Assembly: GCA_963718915.1 (NCBI GenBank) | Contig: CAVRAI010000001.1 | Location: 210,001 to 242,000, forward strand | DNA length: 32,000 bases | Source: an uncultured Chloroflexia bacterium | GTDB lineage: Bacteria > Chloroflexota > Ktedonobacteria > Ktedonobacterales > JADMIN01 | Reading direction: 5' to 3' | Shown here: piece after piece, positions 1 to 8,213 of the stretch | Layout of the letters: each line of letters starts with the position of its first letter | Numbering within the stretch: the first letter of the stretch is position 1 | Position numbers and translations under genes: made by a program | Notes under the pieces: generated by a model | Told to the model about the DNA's origin: nothing | What the model saw: only the letters and a program-made list of their open reading frames with translations | The model's database searches: none

Positions 1-1422
1 TCGGTGCATGGTTATTTCTTCTGGAAGCACGCCAGTTCTCTCTAAGGCAAACAGTATTTGCAAGAAACCGGTATAATGATCCTTTCGCATATCGGCATAA
101 ATGTAAGGACGCAACTTAGCAGGGATAGACCTGCACGCCTTTACCATGACACCAATCACGGGCTTACCTAAGTCCAATGCCGTCGTATATTCTTCTTGAA
201 CGGCTTCAGAACGCATAGAATCAGGGGAAATGAAGACAGCGAGCGCTGAACACTGTTGGATAGCGGTTCGGATCTCCTGTTTCCACCGCTTCCCAGCCAA
301 TAGCCGACTACGATCAACCCATGGCTGCAAACCGTTCTCCCGGATTCCCCTTTCAGCGTCATCGACGACTTGTGGGTTACTGCGTGCATAGCTCAGGAAG
401 ATAAGTGGCCTGTGTTCACTAGGCTGATCACTTGTTCTGCTCTTCTGGGCGTGTCGGAACGCAACGACAATCCTTGCCGCGATCACTTGCGTGATTTTGC
501 TTAGCGAGCGTCCTGGCTGGAAATTGAATGTTGCTGGGATCATCACCGTCTTCCGTGTCCCATCATCCTCGACTACTGCTAACGAAGATCCGAAGAGATC
601 GGCAACACGAGCGGAGACTCCTTTTTTTAAGGACTTGTAATCGACACTTTCAAGCTCCAAAATCTGGATTGATTGCAGCTTTGCAAATGGATATGACACA
701 ACCCTTCCAGGCTCATTGATCAGAAATCCGTGCGGGGTTAGGACGATTAACGGGCCATATTTTACAACTTGCCAAATCTTTGTACGATAGGCTCTGAAGA
801 ATGAAATAGCAAATATAACTCCGAACACGAGATATACACCCGACTCGTAATAGGCTCGCTGAAATTGGTCAATCACAAATGCGAGAAACGAAATGATCAT
901 TACCAATGCAGCTGCGGTGAACGTTTCACGCGTGACGATGCGATACGAACGCGAGTGACGGCGATAGACCTGCCAATCAGGGGGAGTAAGACCATTCTGG
1001 GCCCGCACCAACACGACATCGGGATCAAACAGTGACGGATCATTAGGCCAGTGACTCAAGCCCTCCATATCAAGCGCAAGCAGCAATTCGCGCCACCCAA
1101 AATCAAACGACCGTGTAAAATCGCTCCACTGCAAGTCTCGAAGCGCATTGGGCAACTCGCGCCTTTTGTAAATAAGTAGCGGAAGAATTGGTCGTTGAGC
1201 CGTTGTAGCAACAGCAATTGCTTTATTTACAAGGGAGACATATTGCTTCTGCTCAGTAATGCCAATGCAGATTGCGGCAAAAGGCGACAGCCGCTGCAAT
1301 TGAGAGTTGTCGCTGACGAGCGAGATGCGTAGGCCCCGCGCAACCAATCCTTCAGCAATTCTTGCACCTAGCGTTTGCTCGGTTGTTGGTAAGCAAACGA
1401 TGATGTGAGGAGCATCAGTCAT
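1..1422 (-). CDS. Multi-domain TIR protein, C-terminus cut by the window edge: degenerate TIR-like domain, two TM helices, PH-like domain, TIR domain
   Basis: Missing from the ORF track because it has no stop inside the window. I checked all 474 in-frame triplets from 1422 down to 1 and found no minus-strand stop. An upstream in-frame stop (tca) lies at 1471-1473. The ATG at 1422-1420 is preceded by GAGGAGGGGG (reverse complement of 1425-1434). C-terminal part: RPLIFLSYARSNPQVVDDAERGIRENGLQPWVDRSRLLAGKRWKQEIRTAIQQCSALAVFISPDSMRSEAVQEEYTTALDLGKPVIGVMV. This fits the bacterial TIR pattern (FxSY, W.D, G..W, ISp.S..S.w..E). N-terminal part (HIIVCLPTTEQ...ICIGITEQ...PILPLLIYKRRELPNALRDLQWSDF) has the same layout but lacks the SY and Glu positions. 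The hydrophobic hairpin is FTAAALVMIISFLAFVI / VYLVFGVIFAISFF. Confidence 0.75.
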   Translation of the reverse strand, partial: MTDAPHIIVCLPTTEQTLGARIAEGLVARGLRISLVSDNSQLQRLSPFAAICIGITEQKQYVSLVNKAIAVATTAQRPILPLLIYKRRELPNALRDLQWSDFTRSFDFGWRELLLALDMEGLSHWPNDPSLFDPDVVLVRAQNGLTPPDWQVYRRHSRSYRIVTRETFTAAALVMIISFLAFVIDQFQRAYYESGVYLVFGVIFAISFFRAYRTKIWQVVKYGPLIVLTPHGFLINEPGRVVSYPFAKLQSIQILELESVDYKSLKKGVSARVADLFGSSLAVVEDDGTRKTVMIPATFNFQPGRSLSKITQVIAARIVVAFRHAQKSRTSDQPSEHRPLIFLSYARSNPQVVDDAERGIRENGLQPWVDRSRLLAGKRWKQEIRTAIQQCSALAVFISPDSMRSEAVQEEYTTALDLGKPVIGVMVKACRSIPAKLRPYIYADMRKDHYTGFLQILFALERTGVLPEEITMHR

Positions 1423-1740
1423 ATCCCCCTCCTCGTAGATATTCAGAGATGAGTGGAGCAGCGCAATACATCATTCTTGCTGCGAAAGAAGAGAGAGTGG
1501 TTATCTACCCCTTCTTCGAATTGTTCATATGCCATCGCATGACGCATGGCTGCGTGACAACGTTATCTACCCATGGTCAGCTTTGTGGCTTTCATCAGAC
1601 GCCTTTTAGCCCAGCACTGCTTCCTTAATATATCATCTCTGGCAATGGCTCCGCGAACTGCATTGCATGAAGTACTCGCTAGCAGAAGGAAGCGAATATG
1701 ATCAGCCCATATATTGGGTGAATTATAGCCCCTCAACTCT

Positions 1741-2517
1741 CTACCGTGTCCAGAAGCCCTGGGGGTCGCACTCGCGGATGATGCGTAGCTCGTCGGCGGT
1801 GGGTGGCGGCGTCTCGTGGGCGTCGGGGGCTACGCGCAAGTCCCAGCCGGTGTTCGCGCGCACCTGCTCCGCGCTGCTGCCGGGATGCCACGAGCGTAGC
1901 TCCATCTCGTGCGTATCGGCGGTGAAGCCGAGCACCGCCAGCGTCGTAATCACCGCTGCTGGGCCGCCACGCGGCAGCCCCACGCGCGCCCGCCAGTCGC
2001 CGCCATCGCCGTAGCCGGGGCTGGTGATGTAGCTGACGTGTTCGGGAAAGCGCTTCTTCTCGTGCGCCAGGATGATCGCCAGCCGCCCCGCCAGCGAGGC
2101 GATATCCGCGCCGCCACCGCTGCCGGGTAGCTTCACCGCCGGATGCGCGCGGTCGCCGATATATGACGTGTTGAGGTTGCCGAAGCGGTCTACCTCGGCG
2201 CCGCCGACGAAGCCCAGGTTGGCGAATCCCTGCGCTAGCAGGCCCATCAGCGCGCCCGTGCGGGTCGCCCACTCAGCCCCGGCGATATTCGGCGCGTCGC
2301 CCATCGTCAGCAGCAACTCGCTGGAAGGCGCGTCGCGCACCAGGCCGTTCTCGAAGAGGCCGATGGCGCTCGGCGCGTGGGTGCGCTTGGCCAGCGCGAA
2401 CGCCAGCAGCGGCAGCCGCATCCCTACGAAGACGACCTCGCCATTGTGAATCTCGCGGGCGGCGCAGACCACCATCAGCTCCTGCGGCGTATAGTCAGGC
2501 GTCATACTCTGCGACAT
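1741..2517 (-). CDS. CoA-transferase subunit B (glutaconate / 3-oxoacid CoA-transferase beta family)
   Basis: 258-aa ORF containing EVDRFGNLNTSYIGD and KLPGSGGGADIASLA, typical of family I CoA-transferase beta subunits. It lies directly downstream of the subunit A gene on the same strand. Confidence 0.9.
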   Translation of the reverse strand: MSQSMTPDYTPQELMVVCAAREIHNGEVVFVGMRLPLLAFALAKRTHAPSAIGLFENGLVRDAPSSELLLTMGDAPNIAGAEWATRTGALMGLLAQGFANLGFVGGAEVDRFGNLNTSYIGDRAHPAVKLPGSGGGADIASLAGRLAIILAHEKKRFPEHVSYITSPGYGDGGDWRARVGLPRGGPAAVITTLAVLGFTADTHEMELRSWHPGSSAEQVRANTGWDLRVAPDAHETPPPTADELRIIRECDPQGFWTR

Positions 2518-2568
2518 TGCTACATCTCCTGCATAGGAAGTCGTGTACGGACCACCCTGGCCTTACGG

Positions 2569-2591
2569 CCCCTCCCCTTTTAGGGGAGGGG
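2569..2591. repeat. G/C hairpin (cccctcccc-tttta-ggggagggg) in the intercistronic spacer between the two CoA-transferase genes
   Basis: Perfect 9-bp inverted repeat at 2569-2577 / 2583-2591, followed by gtagggggagagg. Same sequence style as the hairpin at 17520-17542. Confidence 0.6.
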
Positions 2592-2609
2592 GTAGGGGGA
2601 GAGGTCTGC

Positions 2610-3527
2610 CTACACCCCGTAATCCACCGGAGCGGCCAGCAGCGGCGTGCGGATCGCCAGCGCCTGCCAGCGTTCAGCCCCCAGCCGCTCCAGATAGGCG
2701 GCGCGGTCGGCCACGTCGAGCACCTGCTCTCGCAGCCATGAGGCGAAGCCCTCAGGCGTGCGGCTGCGCTCGTGATACTCGGCGAAGTAGGCGTGGTCGC
2801 GATTGTAGTAGCCCTGCACCGGCGAGGGATGAGCGCCGCCGGGCGCATGGACGACCGCAAGCGTCTTCTCGCCGGGAGCCAGCACGCGGTTGGGGTCGCT
2901 CAAAATGACCTCGGCCGGGACGATCTCTTCGGCGGTATAGATGACGCCGTGGGACGCCAGCGCCGCCTCCTCGCAGATGCCCAGGCTCCCCCAGGCATGC
3001 GCGCGCCCGGCAGCATCCGCCCGCTGCACGTGGATGATCGCCACGTCGGGCCGTAGCGCCGGAACCAGCAGCGTCGGCGCGCCATCCAGCGGCGAATCGT
3101 GCGGGCGCATCGTCGGATGGTCGCGGGCGATATCGCTGCCCAGCAGTGACCGTATCGGGATGTAGGGGACGCCGAGCGCGCCCGCCAGCAGCGCCATCGC
3201 GATGCTGTAGTTGCTGTGATCCTCGACGGTGATGGGGTGTGGCAGACCCTTCTCGGTGGCTCGGCGGTAGTTGTAGCCCAGTCCCTCGCTGACATTGCCT
3301 ACCCAGGCGGCGGTGACCTTCGTGACGCAGCCCGCGCCGAGCAGCTCATCGAAGAGGATATCGGAGATGGGGCCGATGAGCGTCAGATCGCGCCGCTGCT
3401 GGCGGATGATCTCGTGTCCGGCGGCGAAGGGGATCAGTGGCTCCAGCGCCAACCCCATCGCCACGCTGCTGCCGTCGGGCACGAACCGCTCGATGGCTTC
3501 CCGCATCGTCATCAGCTTATCGCTCAT
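2610..3527 (-). CDS. CoA-transferase subunit A (family I, GctA-like)
   Basis: 305-aa ORF (MREAIERFVPDGSSVAMG..., GVPYIPIRSLLGSDI, DVAIIHVQRADAAG) resembling CoA-transferase alpha subunits. It is paired with the subunit B gene. Confidence 0.9.
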   Translation of the reverse strand: MSDKLMTMREAIERFVPDGSSVAMGLALEPLIPFAAGHEIIRQQRRDLTLIGPISDILFDELLGAGCVTKVTAAWVGNVSEGLGYNYRRATEKGLPHPITVEDHSNYSIAMALLAGALGVPYIPIRSLLGSDIARDHPTMRPHDSPLDGAPTLLVPALRPDVAIIHVQRADAAGRAHAWGSLGICEEAALASHGVIYTAEEIVPAEVILSDPNRVLAPGEKTLAVVHAPGGAHPSPVQGYYNRDHAYFAEYHERSRTPEGFASWLREQVLDVADRAAYLERLGAERWQALAIRTPLLAAPVDYGV

Positions 3528-4467
3528 CGTCCGTCTCGTCCCTTCGCCGCTGTAAGTGCCGATGCAACAATTCCCAGCGCATCTGGGGATCGCCGTGTCG
3601 TATCAGGTCGTTGGTGAGCTGCGGCCCCGTCATCCACTGCTCCAGCAGGCCGCAGACGCAAAATCCCAGGCGCTCATAGAGATGCTGCCCCTCTGGTGTA
3701 GCCGTGAGTGTGGCGCAGGTGAAGCCCGCCACCTGGGCCTCGCGGAGCGCCAGCAGCAGCAGATTGCCCGCGATGCCGCGCCGCCGAGCATCGTGCATGG
3801 TCGCCACGTGATAGACGCCGATAGACTCGCCCAATGGCAGCGTCGCGACGGTGGCAACGGCCTGATGCCTCCAGTGCGCCAAATAGAGCGTGAACGCCGG
3901 ATTCTCGCTCGTCCAGCGCGACATTGGGAACGGCGGCGCGTCGAAGACCCGGCTGATGATATGCAGCGCGTCGGCCTGGTCGCCGTCCGAGGCGGTTCGA
4001 CGATAGCTGACTCCCGGCGGCGCCTGTGGATAGCTGACGTCCCACTCCCGCAGGTCAAGGTACATCATCGTCGCGCCGCCCCAGGAACGCATGCCGACAT
4101 CATAGAGGTGCTCGCGCAGGCCTGTGGGCGCGTCGTCGTAGGTGAGCCACCACTGGAACGGCAGCCCGTAGTAGCGAAATGGCTCGATGGCCTCTTCAAT
4201 CGCGTCGGCGGTGGCTGGCTCAGGCGAGCGATAGCGCATCACGATGTTCATCAGCGTCTCGGCGACGCCCGGCGTCAGCACCCGGAGCATGGTGGGCGTA
4301 TCGTCAACCAGCGCATATGGCTGGGAGGTAAGCGATCCCAGCGATGCCCAGGCGGCGCACCAGTTCGCCTCGACGGCGCGCGCCATCCGCAGCCGCCGCA
4401 CGTCAGGCTCGTCGTCATCGGTCGCGTCGTAGTTTCGCGGTGGCTGGGCCATCTCCGAGTGGTTCAT
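3517..4467 (-). CDS. GNAT family N-acetyltransferase
   Basis: 316-aa ORF with an acetyl-CoA binding motif (RRRGIAGNLLLLALREAQVAGF...LYERLGF). The RBS GGGAGG lies upstream of the ATG at 4467. Its 3' end overlaps the CoA-transferase A start by 11 nt. Confidence 0.75.
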   Translation of the reverse strand: MNHSEMAQPPRNYDATDDDEPDVRRLRMARAVEANWCAAWASLGSLTSQPYALVDDTPTMLRVLTPGVAETLMNIVMRYRSPEPATADAIEEAIEPFRYYGLPFQWWLTYDDAPTGLREHLYDVGMRSWGGATMMYLDLREWDVSYPQAPPGVSYRRTASDGDQADALHIISRVFDAPPFPMSRWTSENPAFTLYLAHWRHQAVATVATLPLGESIGVYHVATMHDARRRGIAGNLLLLALREAQVAGFTCATLTATPEGQHLYERLGFCVCGLLEQWMTGPQLTNDLIRHGDPQMRWELLHRHLQRRRDETDDER

Positions 4468-4552
4468 CCCTGTAAAACCTCCCGCCGCTACTGTCAGTAT
4501 CTAGTCCAAGTGTAGCACGCCATCGCCAGAGCTAGAGTCCGGGTTGGTGGGT

Positions 4553-5143
4553 CTATGATTGATTACGCCGCCTGAATTGTCTTCTGGTCTTCGAATGCTT
4601 TGGCTCTGCTCGAAACTGAACCTCATGGTAGTTGCGTATGAGACGTACCAATTCCTCTGCTCGAAGCGAGAGGGTTCCCAAATTGATGTCAAGTTCAATC
4701 GGCTGTTGATCTACATCTGTGAGGGCGTCGCGAGGTTTGAGCATGAATGAGAGCGTGAGAAAGGTAGCGCGCGTAAACAGACTGGTGTCTCTTTTCGCCG
4801 CAAAGGCAGAGATGAGGGCAACATCGGCCCAATAGATGGTGCGAGTGGGGAGTGGAAAAGGGTGGTAAACCAGCCGGGATTCGCTCAATTGCAACATCGG
4901 AATCGGCGTAACAGTCCAGTACAGGCCAAACAATACGAAAACCGCGCAAATCAGCAATACAACGATGAACAGTATTGTTTTGGTAGGCTCCTGATACTCC
5001 CACGGCGTGGCTGTGATAACTGGCGTGGGCCAGGCGAAATAAGCGAGCAGGTCGATTACTACCCCGCCAGCGAAGAGTATCGCCGCCAGAAATGGCTTCC
5101 ATCGTGTGGCATATAAGTTAACCGTTGGTGAAACAATGGCCAT
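4553..5143 (-). CDS. Small membrane protein: two TM helices followed by a PH-like soluble domain
   Basis: I place the start at the internal ATG 5143 (MAIVSPTVNLY...). The longer 5368 start would overlap the divergent HD gene. TM segments are FLAAILFAGGVVIDLLAYF and ILFIVVLLICAVFVLFGLYW. They are followed by PMLQLSESRLVYHPFPLPTRTIYWADVALIS..., the TM-TM-PH layout of bacterial PH (YdbS/STM3941-like) proteins. Low-GC patch (29/60 G+C in 4561-4620). Confidence 0.6.
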   Translation of the reverse strand: MAIVSPTVNLYATRWKPFLAAILFAGGVVIDLLAYFAWPTPVITATPWEYQEPTKTILFIVVLLICAVFVLFGLYWTVTPIPMLQLSESRLVYHPFPLPTRTIYWADVALISAFAAKRDTSLFTRATFLTLSFMLKPRDALTDVDQQPIELDINLGTLSLRAEELVRLIRNYHEVQFRAEPKHSKTRRQFRRRNQS

Positions 5144-5287
5144 GATAGATCTCGCTTCGCCCAGATTCAGCGTGTTTAGCAAACATTGTAGCATGCGAGC
5201 GGGCAGCGTGAGCGCAATAGCGGAATTGTCCAGCAATCGCGCAAACAGTCGCCCAGTGGGGCATCGTTGTACGGTATACTGACGAGT

Positions 5288-6730
5288 ATGACGACACCAC
5301 GCCCAGCACGCCGACGGGTAACTCAGCCCACCACAGATGCGGCGTTGGAAACAGCCGACGCCGGACACGCGACCCTCTGGGACGCCGCGCCGGTCAACGC
5401 GCCTGCCCTGCCGGATGACGCGCCGCGTACCATCGTGCGCGACAGCCTCTACGACACCATCCCCCTCGGCACGCTGGAGCTTGACCTGATCGGCACGCCC
5501 GAATTCGTCCGCTTACAGGGTATTAAGCAGCTTGGCTTCTGCTACCGTGTCTGGCCGGGCGCAACGCATACCCGCTTCGAGCATAGCCTCGGTGTCTACT
5601 ATCTGATGCTGCGCGGATTGCGCGCGCTCTGGGCGCAGGACTATGCCCGCGAGCGACTGCACGCCAGCGAGACTGACCTGCGCACAATACTCGCCGCCGC
5701 GCTGCTGCATGATATCGGCCACTACCCCTTCTCGCACGCCATCGAGGAGCTTGGCTATCCCATCGAGCCACACGAGCGGATTGGGCGGCGCATCATCGAA
5801 CAGGGCGCGGTGGCCGAGGCGCTCACCAGACACGAACTCTCGCCCCAGCGCGTCGCCGACGTGATCGACCCGCCGCGCGACCGCCCGTTGCCGCCAACCG
5901 ACATGATTCTGACGCGGTTGCTCAGCGGCCCGCTCGACGTGGATAAGCTCGACTACCTGCCGCGTGACGCGCGTGGCTGCAATGTGCCGTATGGTGGCGT
6001 CGACCTGACGCGGTTGCTCGGCTCGATCCGTCTGCTGGAGACGCCGCAGGGGCCGCGGCTCGGCGTCAGCAGCAAGGGCATCAGCCCGCTCAACTCGCTG
6101 CTCCACGCCCGCCAGGAGATGTTCGACAACGTCTACTGGCACCACACCAACCGCGCGATGATGGCGATGCTGCTACGGGCGGTGCAGGAGGCGCAGCTTG
6201 CCGGGGCAATCGCGCCCGATGACCTGGCCGGGCACGACGACGCCTCGCTGCTGGCCTATCTCTCCGGCGAGCGCATGCCAGCGGGCACGCGCGATCTGGT
6301 GGGCGCGCTCAAACAGCGCCAGCCCTATAAGGTGCTGCTGGAGGTCAGTTCGCGCGCGGGCCGTGTCTATAGCCAGCTCGACGCGCTCTTCTGGGATCAG
6401 GGCAAGCGGCGGCGGGTGGAACTGGCCCTGGCGGAGACGCTGGCGGTCGCGCTGGAAATTCCGGTCTCACCGCACGATGTCTTGATCGATATCCCCAAGC
6501 CGGAGAAGTGGGAGATGGATGTGCTGGTGCGCTTCGCCCATCCACCCGTCGGCATGTCGTCACTAATGACCTGGACCGAGGCGACGGGCCAGCGTCCGGG
6601 CGATCTGGGCATCTACGAGCAGCACCAGCGTCGCATCCGCATCGTCGCGCGCCAGCCCGTGCGTGACGCAGCCGACGATCTCGCCGAGGAGCTACTGCTG
6701 CCGGTCATCGAGCGCATCCCCACAATCTAG
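5288..6730 (+). CDS. HD-domain dNTP triphosphohydrolase-like protein (SAMHD1 / EF1143 / COG1078 type)
   Basis: Motifs RFEHSLGVYYL, LLHDIGHYPFSHAIE and DVDKLDYLPRDARGCNVPYG are diagnostic of the SAMHD1-like HD phosphohydrolase family. The track ORF starts at TTG 5267; I prefer ATG 5288. Confidence 0.85.
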   Translation: MTTPRPARRRVTQPTTDAALETADAGHATLWDAAPVNAPALPDDAPRTIVRDSLYDTIPLGTLELDLIGTPEFVRLQGIKQLGFCYRVWPGATHTRFEHSLGVYYLMLRGLRALWAQDYARERLHASETDLRTILAAALLHDIGHYPFSHAIEELGYPIEPHERIGRRIIEQGAVAEALTRHELSPQRVADVIDPPRDRPLPPTDMILTRLLSGPLDVDKLDYLPRDARGCNVPYGGVDLTRLLGSIRLLETPQGPRLGVSSKGISPLNSLLHARQEMFDNVYWHHTNRAMMAMLLRAVQEAQLAGAIAPDDLAGHDDASLLAYLSGERMPAGTRDLVGALKQRQPYKVLLEVSSRAGRVYSQLDALFWDQGKRRRVELALAETLAVALEIPVSPHDVLIDIPKPEKWEMDVLVRFAHPPVGMSSLMTWTEATGQRPGDLGIYEQHQRRIRIVARQPVRDAADDLAEELLLPVIERIPTI

Positions 6731-6752
6731 CGGCGAATCGAGGGAGTCATAC

Positions 6753-7838
6753 ATGGGAGCCCGTGCAAACTACGTTCTCATCGAAGATGGCGCAATTTCG
6801 ATCTACTATTCCCACTGGGGCGCGATGAGCGTTCCCGCAGTTGTCATTGATGGCCCCGACGCGACGATTGCATACATCCGGGAACTGGGGCCTGACGCTG
6901 TATTGATGGAGGATAACTGGGCGGAAGGTGGAATCCTGCTTGACGTCGACCGACGCGCGTTGCTCTTTTTCGGTGGCGAGAACATCATGTTCTCTCCTCC
7001 CTGGCAGCGGATATTCCTCCGCATGATGCGATTTGTCTGGCAGGGCTGGTCTGTTGCATGGGCAGGACGCGAAATTTTCGATATCGCATCGTATCCTGGT
7101 GTTGCGGATTCCCTTGAAATCAATCCTTCCAGTCTTATCATGTCCGTTGAACCTGAAACCTATCAACCATATTCTGAGGCGAAGATCCGTAATCCGCACG
7201 AAAATCCGTGGGTTTATACCGTCATCACCGTCACCTGGGAAGATGGGCGAGTCAGTGACTATACCTTCGATTCCGCGCTCGACGGTTATCTGCTGTTTGG
7301 ACCAAACCTGCTCGATGACTTGCGCGAGCGCGAACCCGATGAGCTGCCATGTGAAGAAAGCAGTGGGGAGATAATTTACTTCGATGCCCCAGACCAGGGC
7401 CTACGTGAGGGCGCATATATCGATACGGGCGCGCGAGCAATGTGGATCATGCACGACAAACCGGTGTATTCCGTAAAGCCGGAACGCATCGCGCAGATAT
7501 GGCCTGGTTGGAGTGTGAACGAACACTTTGAGGGTCTTGGCCGCCAGGTTGTGCTGTCTGGCCGTAATCCGTCCCTAGTTGCCGCTCCTTATGAACAGGT
7601 GGCACTCGAATTGATCGGCGATTTGATGACAGGCCATAGGGACGATAACGACTCAGTTTCGCGTTTGATCGCACAGGCGTTGGCCGACCGACCGACTGAG
7701 CAATCAACGCAGGATAACGAAATCGCGTATCCCACGCCTTTGCCTCCTCTTCTCCCAGCAGCAGAGCGACGCGCCCATCTCATTGCCCTGCTCCAGCAGG
7801 CGTTGCAGGATGACGCAGAAGCTAGAGCCAACAAGTGA
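6753..7838 (+). CDS. Hypothetical protein (361 aa), no family recognised
   Basis: The ATG at 6753 is preceded by GAGGGAG (6740-6746) and lies 22 nt after the HD gene stop. The long ORF is in a lower-GC patch (26/60 G+C in 7081-7140). The track start at 6663 would overlap the HD gene. Confidence 0.65.
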   Translation: MGARANYVLIEDGAISIYYSHWGAMSVPAVVIDGPDATIAYIRELGPDAVLMEDNWAEGGILLDVDRRALLFFGGENIMFSPPWQRIFLRMMRFVWQGWSVAWAGREIFDIASYPGVADSLEINPSSLIMSVEPETYQPYSEAKIRNPHENPWVYTVITVTWEDGRVSDYTFDSALDGYLLFGPNLLDDLREREPDELPCEESSGEIIYFDAPDQGLREGAYIDTGARAMWIMHDKPVYSVKPERIAQIWPGWSVNEHFEGLGRQVVLSGRNPSLVAAPYEQVALELIGDLMTGHRDDNDSVSRLIAQALADRPTEQSTQDNEIAYPTPLPPLLPAAERRAHLIALLQQALQDDAEARANK

Positions 7839-7993
7839 GAAGTATGAAGCGCCTCACAAATTCTCGCATTGCAGAGTGAGAACTCAGAAACTCCGCCCGT
7901 ATATTCTGTGGAAGGCTACCAGCCGATGGTGAATCTACTCGCCCCGGCTAGCTGTGTCGCTGGAGCGGATATGAGCGCGAGGGAGAGTGCGCT

Positions 7994-8197
7994 ATGGCTA
8001 AATCCCGAAGGAAACGAAGCGCGCTAAGGGCGCTGGTGGTGGCGCTGCTCTTCATCGCCGTCACCGTGGCGCTGATCGTCTTCATCCCCCGCGCCATCGA
8101 CTCCTCACATGCCACGCAGATACCCACGCCGGGACAGGTGATTCTGCCGCCGACCGCCCCAGCGGCGACCGCAGTGGCGACGGCCACGAACAAGTAA
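7994..8197 (+). CDS. Small single-pass membrane protein (67 aa)
   Basis: The ATG is preceded by GAGGGAGAG. The N-terminus is basic (KSRRKRSALR) and is followed by the TM segment ALVVALLFIAVTVALIVFI. Confidence 0.45.
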   Translation: MAKSRRKRSALRALVVALLFIAVTVALIVFIPRAIDSSHATQIPTPGQVILPPTAPAATAVATATNK

Positions 8198-8213
8198 CGA
8201 GGAGGCGGAGACG

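Noticed and set aside
1733-2272. Several 70-180-aa ORFs overlapping the CoA-transferase genes (1667-2014, 1733-2272, 2072-2449, 2495-2860 and others)
   Set aside because: They are alternative-frame or antisense ORFs inside well-supported genes, with a composition dominated by Arg, Ala, Gly and Pro.
3556-4515. 319-aa ORF on the plus strand
   Set aside because: It is fully antisense to the GNAT gene. It is Arg/Gly/Ala/Pro-rich with no RBS and no family resemblance, a typical shadow ORF of high-GC DNA.
6663-6752. Long N-terminal extensions suggested by the track for 6663-7838, 9004-10068, 10157-10945, 5144-5368, 12573-12635 and 25210-25245
   Set aside because: In each case an internal start with a good GGAGG-type RBS gives a product beginning at the conserved N-terminus. 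The extension overlaps the upstream gene or is Arg/Ser-rich junk.
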